DNA of 63,373 bases, filler included, from Deltaproteobacteria bacterium (lineage in GTDB: Bacteria > JAEEML01), in the NCBI GenBank assembly GCA_016283195.1. It is 8 parts of 8 records of this genome, joined end to end, with 100 filler letters (N's around TTAATTAATTAA, not from the genome) between each part and the next. Parts side by side here need not be neighbours in the genome. Positions count along the whole stretch, not along the records: positions 19,816 to 28,734 come from JAEEML010000184.1; positions 28,835 to 39,579 come from JAEEML010000187.1; 6 more parts are not named here. One strand, written 5' to 3'. The notes beneath the pieces were generated by a model. The model saw only the letters and a program-made list of their open reading frames with translations, was not told where the DNA came from and made no database searches. Both the position numbers and the translations under genes were made by a program. Every line of letters starts with the position of its first letter. Within the stretch, counting starts at the first letter, position 1. This document shows positions 28,178 to 37,988 of this stretch, in pieces.

Positions 28178-28734
28178 TTAGTCCTTGAGGCAGCGTACGG
28201 AATAGGCGAGCCCTTTGTCGGCTGCGCCTGTACCGGCAGTGCTATTAGCGCTACTGATGCCAAGGGTGTGGGCAGTGTTATTAGGATTATCCGTGGCCGC
28301 CCAGAAGCCGGTGAGTGTGCCCCAAAAGCTGTAATTGCCATCGGCGCCCCTGCGACCGGCTGGTAGCGCAGAAAAAGCAAAGTCATCACCACCTTGATTT
28401 TGGTAGCCAGTCCAAGCAGTGCTTTTAGCTATAAGGGCCAAGAAGTTGCTACTGCTGGTGCGATTATTTTCCACATAGGTTAATAAATCATCAAAATCGC
28501 TTTTTTCCGGTAAACGCCAACCGGTGGGACAAATCTTCATAGCGTCGGCCCAAGTATATAAGCAGCCGTAATGGGCTACAAAGTCTGGATCGGCATTGGT
28601 ATTGGCATAGCAAATGACTGAGCTGCCATCGGTGGCGGAGTCGGTAGCCATATTTTCGGCCATCCAAATTTGCTCACCGATTACCGTTGTTTTATATACC
28701 GTGCCGTTAGTGTCGGCCATGTAACCCAGTGCCA
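28178..28734 (-). CDS. FISUMP domain protein, 5' truncated by the contig end
   Basis: YKTTVIG.QIWMAENM, YGCLYTW, CPTGWRLP, FSALPAG, YSVRCLKD. Confidence 0.9.
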
Positions 28735-28834
28735 NNNNNNNNNNNNNNNNNNNNNNNNNNNNNNNNNNNNNNNNNNNNTTAATTAATTAANNNNNNNNNN
28801 NNNNNNNNNNNNNNNNNNNNNNNNNNNNNNNNNN
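28735..28834. other. Artificial contig linker
   Basis: N44-TTAATTAATTAA-N44. Confidence 0.99.
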
Positions 28835-29512
28835 ATGGATGAGCTAAATGCGGCTAAAGAAGAGGCCGATAGCGCCATAGCCGTGCGCGATGAAGCCATC
28901 GGCAAGCTGAAAGAGGCAATAACTGCGCAGGAAGAGCAGTTTAATGAACTCTCTGCCAGTAAAGAAGAGCTGGAAAGTGCTCTTGAAGTGCGTGATGAAG
29001 CCATCGGCAAGCTGAAAGAGGCTCTAACTTCGCAGCAAGAGCAAATGGATGAGCTAAATGCGGCTAAAGAAGAGGCCGATAGCGCCATAGCCGTGCGCGA
29101 TGAAGCCATTGGCAAGCTGAAAGAGGCTCTAACTTCGCAGCAAGAGCAAATGGATGAGCTAAATGCGGCTAAAGAAGAGAGCACTGCGGCTCATGCGGCC
29201 AATGAGGAATTGATTGATAAACTTAAAGCGGCTCTCCTGGAGCTCAAAAATGAGCTGCAAGCTCGCGATGATGAACTCTTGGCTCGAGAGAGTGAAGTTG
29301 CCGAGTTGCAAGAGAGCATTAAAGAGCGTGATGAGCTTTTGGCCGCTCATGAAGCCAAGCTTGTAGAGGCTAAAGAAGCGCTGGTTAAGCAGCAAAATGA
29401 GCTGGATAAGCACACCTCGGCCGCTGCCGCCAAAAAGGCCAAATCCAGCGATTCTATGAAAGAATTATACCACGCTCTGCAAATGGCCGACCAAATTCTG
29501 GCCAAGAAGTAA
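28835..29512 (+). CDS. Coiled-coil protein with 35-aa tandem repeats, C-terminal fragment
   Basis: MDELNAAKEEADSAIAVRDEAIGKLKEAL... 105-bp units, at least 3 copies; the contig begins inside the repeat. Confidence 0.8.
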   Translation: MDELNAAKEEADSAIAVRDEAIGKLKEAITAQEEQFNELSASKEELESALEVRDEAIGKLKEALTSQQEQMDELNAAKEEADSAIAVRDEAIGKLKEALTSQQEQMDELNAAKEESTAAHAANEELIDKLKAALLELKNELQARDDELLARESEVAELQESIKERDELLAAHEAKLVEAKEALVKQQNELDKHTSAAAAKKAKSSDSMKELYHALQMADQILAKK

Positions 29513-29609
29513 GCACCTTTTTCTGCTCTCTTTGTTTCCCGATATTGCTATTTTTATATTGGAAATTTTCCTTCTGCTCACCATACTTTTGGTGAAAAGT
29601 GCGAGAAAA

Positions 29610-30494
29610 TTAATTATTGCCGGCATTTAAGAGCGACAGATAGTAATTGCGCCACTCAGTAAAAGATTCCACATAGGCAGCAGGAATAGTTTGATAATAA
29701 ATTTCATCATTTAAATAAGGGTCAATTATTTTTTCGTTTTTGTCGTGCAGCTCATAGTGGAGGTGAGCGGCGGTGGAACGGCCGGTATTGCCAACTTCGG
29801 CCACCTTTTGCCCGGCTTTGACTCTCATGCCCACTTTTAGGCCAGGTTCTACTTTACTGAGGTGCAGATAATAGGCCTTCTGATTTTGGTGATCCAGCTT
29901 GATTTTAAGGCTGTTGCCATTGGCCGGAGCTGTCCAAATGCGCTCAACTATGCCGTCATAGGGCGCAAAAAGCGCGGTGCCCTCATCGGCCTTAAAATCC
30001 ACACCATGGTGGTTTCTCCCGGCTATATTCATGCGCTCAGTAACTTGAAAATAGCTTTTTATCGGGGCATGAGTGAGGCGCGGTTCCAGTTCACGGCCAT
30101 TTTCATCATAAAAATGGCCGTTATATAAAAAGGCCGAAAATGTCCGCTCCTTCTTTTGGCTGGTATAACGCAGAGCATGAATTTGATAAATCGCTGGTAA
30201 TTCGGCATTTTTATAGAGTATCTCTAATGTGTCGCCCTTTAAAACATCCTTCTTGAGATCGAGCCACCACATGGTGAGACGGCCGGCATGAGCCGAAAGA
30301 GCATCGCCGTTGCCCTGGCCTAATACTCTGTTTAAAGAGGCGGTTATGGAACCGGCTATAGTAACTTTTACCCGCTTAGGATGAGTGCCGGTATCGTTTC
30401 CGGCGCTATTTTGGGCTAAAAGAGTGGTACTGTAGAGAAAAATGAGGGCAAAAAGGCCATATTTAAGAACTGCTGATTTCATTATTCGCTTCAA
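29610..30494 (-). CDS. M23 family metallopeptidase
   Basis: HHGVDF, YYLHLS, VGNTGRSTAAHLHYE. Confidence 0.9.
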   Translation of the reverse strand: MKRIMKSAVLKYGLFALIFLYSTTLLAQNSAGNDTGTHPKRVKVTIAGSITASLNRVLGQGNGDALSAHAGRLTMWWLDLKKDVLKGDTLEILYKNAELPAIYQIHALRYTSQKKERTFSAFLYNGHFYDENGRELEPRLTHAPIKSYFQVTERMNIAGRNHHGVDFKADEGTALFAPYDGIVERIWTAPANGNSLKIKLDHQNQKAYYLHLSKVEPGLKVGMRVKAGQKVAEVGNTGRSTAAHLHYELHDKNEKIIDPYLNDEIYYQTIPAAYVESFTEWRNYYLSLLNAGNN

Positions 30495-31563
30495 TAGAAG
30501 TTTCCCGCTTTTGTCTTAGAGCGGCTAAATCGATTTGATAATTTTTGCCGATAATAAATTCTTTAAAAGTACTTTGCGGAGCTATTTTGACACCGTCTAA
30601 AATGATTGAATCGCGAATTTTAGAATCTTTGCCGATAGTTACTCCGCGGCCGATAATCACGTTTGGCCCAATGAGACTGCCTTCGCCTATTTTTGAACCA
30701 TCGGCTATGAGCACCGGCTGAGAGAGCAGTGCACCATCTCCTAAAACCACGTTCTCGCCAATACGAATAATGCTATCAACACTCTTTTCCGGAGTGTGAG
30801 CAAAGGAATTTAGCGGATCAAAATGGTCAAAAGAGAGGCGCCTGGATAATATATCCATATTTGTTTGATAATATAAGTCAGGCTGCCCCAAATCGCGCCA
30901 GGGATCACTGCTCACAAAACCGTAAAGCGGTTCGTTATTGCGCAGGGCTTTAGGGTAGGCATAGCGATTTATACAAACAGATATTTCCGGCGGGATATAT
31001 TCCAAAAAACGCGGCTCTAAAATGTGGATGCCGGTAAACATATATTTTTTGAGAGATTCGTTATTTTGAGCACCTGGGGCCGATTCGCCCAAAAAGCGCT
31101 GAATCCGGCTATCGGAATCAATTTCAATTAAGCCATAAGAAGCTTGTTTGGGATCATTACGCAAAACCATGGTGGCAATGCTGTTCTTCTCCTTATGGAA
31201 AGCCAAAGCCTCTTTTAATTGGCAGGAGATGAGTGTGTCGGCATTTACAACCACTAAAGTTTGTCCCTCAAGCTGGGAAAGAACTTTTCTCAGTGCACCG
31301 CCGGTACCGAGTATTACATCTTCATGGCTATAGGTGATATTTACTCCATATTTGCTGCCATCGCCAAGCTCACGTTCAAGGGCCTCGCCAAGATAGTGAG
31401 TGTTGATGAAAATATCGGTAATATCAGCACTTTTCAATAATTCTATAGAAAAGCGGATAGCAGGAACCGTGCATACAGGTACCAGTGCTTTAGGAATTTC
31501 TTCTGTTATCGGCCGCATTCTGGTTCCAAAACCGGCGGCCAAAATAAAGCCTTTTACTGGCAC
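30463..31563 (-). CDS. NDP-sugar synthase (mannose-1-phosphate guanylyltransferase-like)
   Basis: ILAAGFGTRMRP.T...PK, LGTGG, C-terminal hexapeptide repeats. Confidence 0.9.
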   Translation of the reverse strand: MPVKGFILAAGFGTRMRPITEEIPKALVPVCTVPAIRFSIELLKSADITDIFINTHYLGEALERELGDGSKYGVNITYSHEDVILGTGGALRKVLSQLEGQTLVVVNADTLISCQLKEALAFHKEKNSIATMVLRNDPKQASYGLIEIDSDSRIQRFLGESAPGAQNNESLKKYMFTGIHILEPRFLEYIPPEISVCINRYAYPKALRNNEPLYGFVSSDPWRDLGQPDLYYQTNMDILSRRLSFDHFDPLNSFAHTPEKSVDSIIRIGENVVLGDGALLSQPVLIADGSKIGEGSLIGPNVIIGRGVTIGKDSKIRDSIILDGVKIAPQSTFKEFIIGKNYQIDLAALRQKRETSIEANNEISSS

Positions 31564-31596
31564 ATCGTACCTCCACTATTAAACTAATATGTGAGA

Positions 31597-32121
31597 TTAA
31601 ACGATGGGACGCAGACCAGGATGGGTAAATTCATCGTTTGCACTGTTGTTTTCAACCACAGGCTCATTTGAAGTATTTACCGCTTCGCTAACTTCGCTAT
31701 TTCTGCGGATAATTGGCTTTATTTGTTCCAGGCGCTCTTGTTTGCTCTCCGCAGAATCCTGAGCATCTTGTTGGGCAGCGTCCTGGGTGCTTTTAATTTG
31801 GGCTCTCATCTTTTGATAGTGATATAAACAAAGGCCTTTGCATCTTGACGGCTTGTCGCAACCTTCTACAGAGCAGGGCACCGGCTCTTTCCGCCTTCTG
31901 CCGCCTTTGGCTTTGGTAACTTTAACTTTTTTTCCTGATTTTTCATTGTTTTCGCCAGCCGGTTCGTCTTTATGCGCCACCGAGGTGTTACCATTTTCGA
32001 GCTTAGCGATTCTTTCTTCCAATTTCTCTAATTCTTCATGAATGTCGGCAGTTAATTGCCTTCTAACATCATGAAGCAAATCAGCGATAAAACTACCTTC
32101 GACCAAATTCTTTAGATTCAT
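31597..32121 (-). CDS. Myxobacterial vegetative-protein-like small basic/Cys protein
   Basis: Basic linker plus CSVEGCDKPSRCKGLCLYHYQKMR motif. Confidence 0.65.
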   Translation of the reverse strand: MNLKNLVEGSFIADLLHDVRRQLTADIHEELEKLEERIAKLENGNTSVAHKDEPAGENNEKSGKKVKVTKAKGGRRRKEPVPCSVEGCDKPSRCKGLCLYHYQKMRAQIKSTQDAAQQDAQDSAESKQERLEQIKPIIRRNSEVSEAVNTSNEPVVENNSANDEFTHPGLRPIV

Positions 32122-32212
32122 TTAATCACCTCATTAAGATTACATACATTAACGTGTATGCAACAAACCTGTAGCTACTCCTAGCACATTAATTATAAAA
32201 TATCTATAAAAA

Positions 32213-33637
32213 CTATTCGAATAACGTTTTTACAAACGCTTTAGCGTTAAATGGTTGTAAATCAGTTATTTTTTCACCCACGCCTATATAGCGAATTGGG
32301 ATATTTAGCTCAGCATTTATACCAATAATTACGCCGCCCTTTGAAGTCCCGTCCAGCTTGGTTAAAATAATACCGCTGAGTGGGGTAACAGCGCTAAATT
32401 CTTTGGCCTGCAAAATAGCATTTTGGCCGGTGGTGGCATCGACAACCAGGAGTACTTCATCAGGTGCGCCCTCCCGCGCTTTGCCTAATACGCGGTGCAC
32501 TTTTTTAAGCTCCTCCATGAGGTTGGTTTTGGTGTGCAGGCGGCCGGCTGTATCAACCAAAAGATAATCAATATGGTCAGCAGCTGCCTGTTTGGCCGCG
32601 CCAAAAATTACACTGGCCGGGTCTTGGCCTTCTTTGCCTCTAAAAATCGGGCAGTTATTGCGTTCGGCCCAGACTTGCAACTGGTCGGCGGCTGCGGCGC
32701 GGAATGTATCGCCGGCGGCCAGCATAACACTTTTACCCTCATTTATCAGCTGGCTGGCGATTTTGCCGATGGTAGTTGTCTTGCCCACACCGTTTACGCC
32801 CACAAACATATATATAATTGGGGCGGTGTTGGGCCGTGCCAGAGATTTCGGCGCATTTAGAGAAGGTGCCAAAAGGGTAATTATTTCATCTTTTAAGCTC
32901 TCTTTTACCTCTTCGGCATCATTGCCGCTTTGCTTGGCATAGCGCGCCTTTAAGGCCTCCAAAAGATGGTCAACAGTGCGCACACCGATATCAGCGCTAT
33001 AAAGAATGCTTTCGAGCTCTTCTAATAATTCTGCCGAAAGGCCTTTTTTGCCAAATAGTGCGGCATTTAAACGAGCCATAAAGCCGCTTTGGGTCTTGGC
33101 GAGGCCCCGTTTCATGCCGTCGATTTGTTCGGCTGTCGGCTCCTCTGTTTTGGGTTCCTCTGCCTTGGTTTCCTCAGCCTTGGGTTCTTCTGCCTTGGGC
33201 TCCTCTGCCTTGGGCTCCTCTGCCTTGGGCTCCTCTGCCTTGGGCTCCTCAGCTTTGGGCTCCTCTGCCTTGGGCTCCTCTGCTTTGGGCTCCTCTGCTT
33301 TGGGCTCCTCTGCTTTGGGCTCTTCTGCCTTGGGCTCTTCTGCTTTGGGCTCCTCTGCCTTGGGCTCCTCAGCTTTGGGCTCCTCAGCTTTGGGTTCCTC
33401 GGCTTTGGGTTCCTCGGCTTTGGGTTCTTCGGTTTTGGGTTCCTCGGCTTTGGGTTCTTCGGTTTTTGGTCCCTCTAATCCATCTTTGGGCGGAGTTGGT
33501 AAAGCCTCTTTTTTCTTAGTAAATTTTATGGCGATACAGCCACCGATAACGGTAGCAATAATACAAATAGCCAGTGCCAGATTTTCTTTCACAACCGGGG
33601 GCAGGCTATTTAACAGGGCAAGTATTTGTTCTTGCAT
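32213..33637 (-). CDS. ftsY: SRP receptor FtsY with an N-terminal TM helix and EEPKA repeats
   Basis: GVNGVGKTTTIGK, AAGDTFRAAA, DTAGRLH, DATTGQNA, TKLDGTSKGG. Confidence 0.97.
   Translation of the reverse strand: MQEQILALLNSLPPVVKENLALAICIIATVIGGCIAIKFTKKKEALPTPPKDGLEGPKTEEPKAEEPKTEEPKAEEPKAEEPKAEEPKAEEPKAEEPKAEEPKAEEPKAEEPKAEEPKAEEPKAEEPKAEEPKAEEPKAEEPKAEEPKAEEPKAEETKAEEPKTEEPTAEQIDGMKRGLAKTQSGFMARLNAALFGKKGLSAELLEELESILYSADIGVRTVDHLLEALKARYAKQSGNDAEEVKESLKDEIITLLAPSLNAPKSLARPNTAPIIYMFVGVNGVGKTTTIGKIASQLINEGKSVMLAAGDTFRAAAADQLQVWAERNNCPIFRGKEGQDPASVIFGAAKQAAADHIDYLLVDTAGRLHTKTNLMEELKKVHRVLGKAREGAPDEVLLVVDATTGQNAILQAKEFSAVTPLSGIILTKLDGTSKGGVIIGINAELNIPIRYIGVGEKITDLQPFNAKAFVKTLFE
33135..33470 (-). 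repeat. 15-bp coding tandem repeat (EEPKA, about 22 copies)
   Basis: Repeated TTGGGCTCCTCTGCC-type units on the + strand. Confidence 0.95.
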
Positions 33638-33718
33638 AATGGCTCCTTAAAATATCTTATATCGACACAATATAAGACAAGCTGCCTCCTAGCATAATTT
33701 GCCGCATTTTTACAAGCA

Positions 33719-34834
33719 TTATTGCCGCTGTTGTTGATCGATGGTTTTTAGCTGAAAGGTATACCAGGAGTTGATAATTATTACTAAGATATCAGGTTTA
33801 TAATCAATGATTTCCTGTTCCCAACGAGCCAGCTTTAAATTGTCAACACGGGTATTATTGCCTCTGAAAATTCTGGTTTCACTGAAGGTTGGCCCCCAAA
33901 AAGTGCTGAAATTTTCCAAAAATGAGTTACCTATGAGTACCGTTTTTTCCTGATTTAACGGATGCTGCGAAATGAATTTAACAACATCAATTTTTTGCAA
34001 GGAAGCCTCATCTTTTAGTTTGTAATTTTTGTAAGTAACACTTTTGTCAAGACATTTTTTCTCATCTAAATTCAGCAATTTGCAAGTGGAACCTTCACCA
34101 AATGTGCGCCCGGCTCCAGCTCGCACGGTAGAAGTATAAAAAATTTCAAATAAATCTTCAGATACCGGTTTGAGAGTCGGAATATCTTTTTTGATACGAT
34201 CCATTAGGGCTAAATAACCAATATAAGCTCCCCATTCTGTCCAGTGATGGTCGGTTTTAAAATAGACAAAATCTTTTTTATCGGCCTCATGAAGCTCTTT
34301 TTGCGGAAAGATTACCGGGACAATAGGATCAAGCTCTCGTTTTAAGTCTAGGGCTTTATCCGGCCCGGGCATTCTAAAAGATTGGGGACCAGCATAATCC
34401 TCTCTCCTAGGCACAATTTCTATGTAACATTTTATGTTGTTTGTTGCACAAAATTCCTTTAAATATCTGATATTCTTTTTGAAAATTTCAAGCTCGCGTT
34501 CGGTGTAACAGGGAGCATCGTTAATTTCAGCTTTGGAAAAGAGCCAACCGTTAAGGCCGGCGAAAGCCTTTTTGTTGGAAACAAAAGTATTTTGAGCTTT
34601 GAAATTAGCGTGAATTTTGATGAGCTTTTCGCGCAGAAAAAAGCGGTCTGAAAGCCATTTATCAAATTCACTGCCGAATTTTTCATTGAAGTGACCAGCT
34701 ATATATAAGTGCGGTGATTTGGCAAGTGGGCGATTTTCACTTTCCGACTTATCGCCCCGGTCAATTTTTATCATGGGGAAAAGCAGAGTAAAGATGACAA
34801 TTATTATGTAAGTAATAGTGAACCATTTTTTCAT
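33719..34834 (-). CDS. AlgJ/AlgX-like (DHHW) periplasmic O-acetyltransferase
   Basis: ENR.LA, D.F..R, G..GWLF, YFKTDHHWT..GAY, IGNSF. Confidence 0.85.
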   Translation of the reverse strand: MKKWFTITYIIIVIFTLLFPMIKIDRGDKSESENRPLAKSPHLYIAGHFNEKFGSEFDKWLSDRFFLREKLIKIHANFKAQNTFVSNKKAFAGLNGWLFSKAEINDAPCYTERELEIFKKNIRYLKEFCATNNIKCYIEIVPRREDYAGPQSFRMPGPDKALDLKRELDPIVPVIFPQKELHEADKKDFVYFKTDHHWTEWGAYIGYLALMDRIKKDIPTLKPVSEDLFEIFYTSTVRAGAGRTFGEGSTCKLLNLDEKKCLDKSVTYKNYKLKDEASLQKIDVVKFISQHPLNQEKTVLIGNSFLENFSTFWGPTFSETRIFRGNNTRVDNLKLARWEQEIIDYKPDILVIIINSWYTFQLKTIDQQQRQ

Positions 34835-34841
34835 TAAAAAC

Positions 34842-36242
34842 TCAAAATCTAAAATAAATAAATGGGTTATAAGTGGAAGCAGCCACGAAGGAAATAGAAA
34901 CAACCAGTAGGCCCAAAAGCAAGATATCGCAGATTATTTGCGTAGAAACCCGCTTATAAGCATTCAGCAAAAAATTCTTTAAAATGGGGAAGCAAAAGAG
35001 AATTGCCAAAGCAAAAACAGCTATTTCCACCCGATCGATGTAATAAGAAAATTGAAATTTTGGGATGCTCTTTTCATAGAGGCCAAACATTCTGGCAATA
35101 TATTGCAGGCCATAGTAAGAAGTATCGGCGCGGAACATCACCCAGCCGATGACAAAAGCCAAAATAGTATAAAGGTGCTGGAAGATGGTAAAGGGCAGGT
35201 TATGCTCTTTTTTGACTATGCCGGTGAGCTTTTCCATTAAATTAAATATGCCGTGCCAGAGGCCCCAAATGATAAAATTCCAGGCGGCGCCGTGCCACAG
35301 ACCAGTGACAAAGAAAACAATAATAATATTCAAAGCATTGCGCCATTTGCTCACCCGGCTGCCGCCCAGGGGAATATAGAGGTATTCCTTAAACCAGCTG
35401 GAGAGCGAAATATGCCAGCGGCGCCAAAATTCTGTAATTGATTTAGATATATAGGGGTAATTAAAGTTTTCTTTAAAGGTGAAGCCGAAGATGGCTCCCA
35501 GGCCGATGGCCATATCGGAATAGCCGCTGAAATCATAAAATAATTGCAAAGAATAGCAGACGGCGCCCAGCCAGGCCGTTGGGGTATCAAAATTAAGCAC
35601 CGGCTGATTAAATATTTTGTCGGCCACTTCGCCCAAGGTATTGGCCAAAAGCACTTTTTTGGCTAGGCCGATGGTAAAGCGGCGAAAACCGTAAGCAATT
35701 CTTTCAAGGGAGAGCTCGCGCTTTTCCAGTTCGGCGGCAATATCGCGATATTTAACAATCGGCCCGGCCACCAGCTGCGGAAAGAGAGTGACATAAAGTG
35801 CCAGTTTTAATATGTTTTTTTGCACTTTAATATCGCCTCTATATACATCTATCAGGTAAGACATGGCCTGGAAGGTGTAAAAAGATATGCCGATGGGCAT
35901 GACGATGGAGAGCGGGTCGATGTGGCTTTTAAAAAGGAGGTTAATATTCTCGATAAGAAAATTAAAGTATTTGAAATAAAATAGAAAACTAAGATCAAGA
36001 ATAATGGAGAGAACCAGAATCAGCGTTCTTTGGGCGTGCCATTTATTAATAGCCAGGGCGCCAAAGTAATTGATGATGATGGTGGCCAGCATGATAAAAA
36101 CATAGCGCGGCTCACCCCAGGCGTAAAAAAAGATACTGGCTAAAAGCAGCAAAATATTTCGCCCTTTGGCTGGGCACAACAAGTAAAGAATGAATAATAT
36201 TGGCAAAAATGCGAATAAGAAGGTAACTGAGGAGAATAGCAT
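34842..36242 (-). CDS. MBOAT family O-acyltransferase (AlgI/DltB-like)
   Basis: PIGISFYTFQ, FPQLVAGPI, DFSGYSDMAIG, EFWRRWHISLSSWF..YLYIPLGG, GLWHGA, NPFIYFRF. Confidence 0.95.
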   Translation of the reverse strand: MLFSSVTFLFAFLPILFILYLLCPAKGRNILLLLASIFFYAWGEPRYVFIMLATIIINYFGALAINKWHAQRTLILVLSIILDLSFLFYFKYFNFLIENINLLFKSHIDPLSIVMPIGISFYTFQAMSYLIDVYRGDIKVQKNILKLALYVTLFPQLVAGPIVKYRDIAAELEKRELSLERIAYGFRRFTIGLAKKVLLANTLGEVADKIFNQPVLNFDTPTAWLGAVCYSLQLFYDFSGYSDMAIGLGAIFGFTFKENFNYPYISKSITEFWRRWHISLSSWFKEYLYIPLGGSRVSKWRNALNIIIVFFVTGLWHGAAWNFIIWGLWHGIFNLMEKLTGIVKKEHNLPFTIFQHLYTILAFVIGWVMFRADTSYYGLQYIARMFGLYEKSIPKFQFSYYIDRVEIAVFALAILFCFPILKNFLLNAYKRVSTQIICDILLLGLLVVSISFVAASTYNPFIYFRF

Positions 36243-36246
36243 TAGA

Positions 36247-37362
36247 TTACTCCATTATAGTTGCAAGTTCGCTTTTGCGATATGAATGAGTTAGCAGAAT
36301 TAAAATATCCGGTTGGTACTCGCTAAGCTCTTTTTTCCAGCGGGAAATTTTTAAATTCCGCTGTCCATTATCATTGGAGCGGATTTTATGGGTTTCTGCG
36401 AAGGTGCAAGCAAAAAAAGGCGCCAGATTTTCTTCCATGGAATTGCCGATAAGGGCCACTTTTAAATTGTTTTTGGCATAGGGATTAACAATGGCGCGGC
36501 TATTGCCATTATACTTTTTTACTTTTAGATTTTTCTCTCCTTTAAAATTGTAGAACCTATATTTCGTATGACTACCGATACACTGATTTTCCGGTAAATT
36601 CAACGCCTTGCAGGTGTGACCTTTCCAAAAGGCGCGGTTTATTTCACCACGCACTTTCTCTCTGTAAAATATGGAAAAAGCACTTTCATTACATAGTTCA
36701 AGTTCCGGAAAATCCAGCTTAATACGCTTCATAATGGCCTGATAACCAGTGTATGCCCCCCAATCTGTCCAGTGGTGATCAGGTTTAAAATAAACCAAAT
36801 CTTTTTCATTGGCCGCCATCATTTCTGTGTGAGGAAAAATAATGGGCAAAAGGTGGCCGGATTTTTCAATTATCTGATTGGTGCCGTCGCTATCTACGAT
36901 ATTAAAAAACTGGTTTTGGGCAAATTCTATTTTACGAGGCAACACCATGATATAGCACTTGAAACCTTCTTTATCACAATAATCTTTAAACCAGGCTATA
37001 TTATTATCGATTTTTTCCAGAGTCGCGTTGCTTAACTGACTTGGGTCTGGTTCGTTTTTGGCAAACATCCAGCCATCGCGGCCGACAAAGGCTTTGCTGT
37101 TTTGGTAATAAACATTTAATGCTTTGAGACTGTCATGGAGGGCAACAAGCTCTTTGCGCATAAAAAAATGGTCGGAAAGCCAAGCGTCGAACTCTCGGCC
37201 AAAGTTTTCGCTAAACTTTTGCGGCATTTTGGCCAAAGTGCGGTTTTCCTGATGGTCTGCTTCTGCGTCATCAGGATGCAGAAACGGCAGAATCATGATG
37301 GCGAGAGCAAATAGAATATAGGTGATGGCGGCAATTTTGGGCAAGAGGTGGTGGGCACGCAT
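36247..37362 (-). CDS. AlgJ/AlgX-like (DHHW) periplasmic O-acetyltransferase
   Basis: ENRTLA, GRDGWMF, YFKPDHHWTDWGAY; paralog of 33719-34834. Confidence 0.85.
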   Translation of the reverse strand: MRAHHLLPKIAAITYILFALAIMILPFLHPDDAEADHQENRTLAKMPQKFSENFGREFDAWLSDHFFMRKELVALHDSLKALNVYYQNSKAFVGRDGWMFAKNEPDPSQLSNATLEKIDNNIAWFKDYCDKEGFKCYIMVLPRKIEFAQNQFFNIVDSDGTNQIIEKSGHLLPIIFPHTEMMAANEKDLVYFKPDHHWTDWGAYTGYQAIMKRIKLDFPELELCNESAFSIFYREKVRGEINRAFWKGHTCKALNLPENQCIGSHTKYRFYNFKGEKNLKVKKYNGNSRAIVNPYAKNNLKVALIGNSMEENLAPFFACTFAETHKIRSNDNGQRNLKISRWKKELSEYQPDILILLTHSYRKSELATIME

Positions 37363-37364
37363 TA

Positions 37365-37979
37365 TTAAATTCCCCGGAAGGATTTTTCGCGCCCGATGGT
37401 GGTGAGCTCGCCGTGGCCGGTAATGACAGTAAAATCGGCTGGCAGATTGAATAATTTATCCAGTGATTCTCGGAGCATACGCGAATTACCGCCAGGCAGG
37501 TCGGTGCGGCCTACGCCACCGGCAAAAAGGGTATCACCGGCAATAATAAGTTTTTCTTCGCGCAGAATAATAGCAATGCCGCCCATGGTGTGGCCGGGTG
37601 TTGCCATTATTTCCAGCTTTAGGGAGGAAAGCTCATATTTGGCCGGCGGCGGAGTAGGGCGCCAAGCCATATTAATGGGCGGCAGGCCAAATTGGTTGGC
37701 CTGAATATTTATGTTATTAAAAAGCTCGAAATCTTCCTCTCCCAAATAGAGTGGCACATTTTGCGGCGGAAAATCGGCCAGCGCCGAGAGGTGATCATAG
37801 TGGCCGTGCGTGAGCCAAATGCTATCTAAAAGCAGCTTATTTTCAGTAAGATAGCTCAATATTGCCGGAGCATCGCCGCCTGGGTCAACCACTATGGCCC
37901 GCTTGGTCTCAGCATCGTGCAAAATGGTACAATTAGCGCCGAGCGGCCAAACGGGAATAATGTGATAACAGGCCGGCAT
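37365..37979 (-). CDS. MBL-fold metallo-hydrolase (glyoxalase II-like)
   Basis: THGHYDH, TPGHT, GDTLF...GRTDLPGG, GHG. Confidence 0.92.
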   Translation of the reverse strand: MPACYHIIPVWPLGANCTILHDAETKRAIVVDPGGDAPAILSYLTENKLLLDSIWLTHGHYDHLSALADFPPQNVPLYLGEEDFELFNNINIQANQFGLPPINMAWRPTPPPAKYELSSLKLEIMATPGHTMGGIAIILREEKLIIAGDTLFAGGVGRTDLPGGNSRMLRESLDKLFNLPADFTVITGHGELTTIGREKSFRGI

Positions 37980-37988
37980 GTGGCACCC

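Noticed and set aside
23807-28734. Prophage or classical integron
   Set aside because: BRO-N is the only phage-associated gene; there are no structural genes, integrase or canonical attC sites.
33006-33650. Plus-strand LGSSA / LGLLC repeat ORFs
   Set aside because: Antisense shadows of the ftsY EEPKA repeat.
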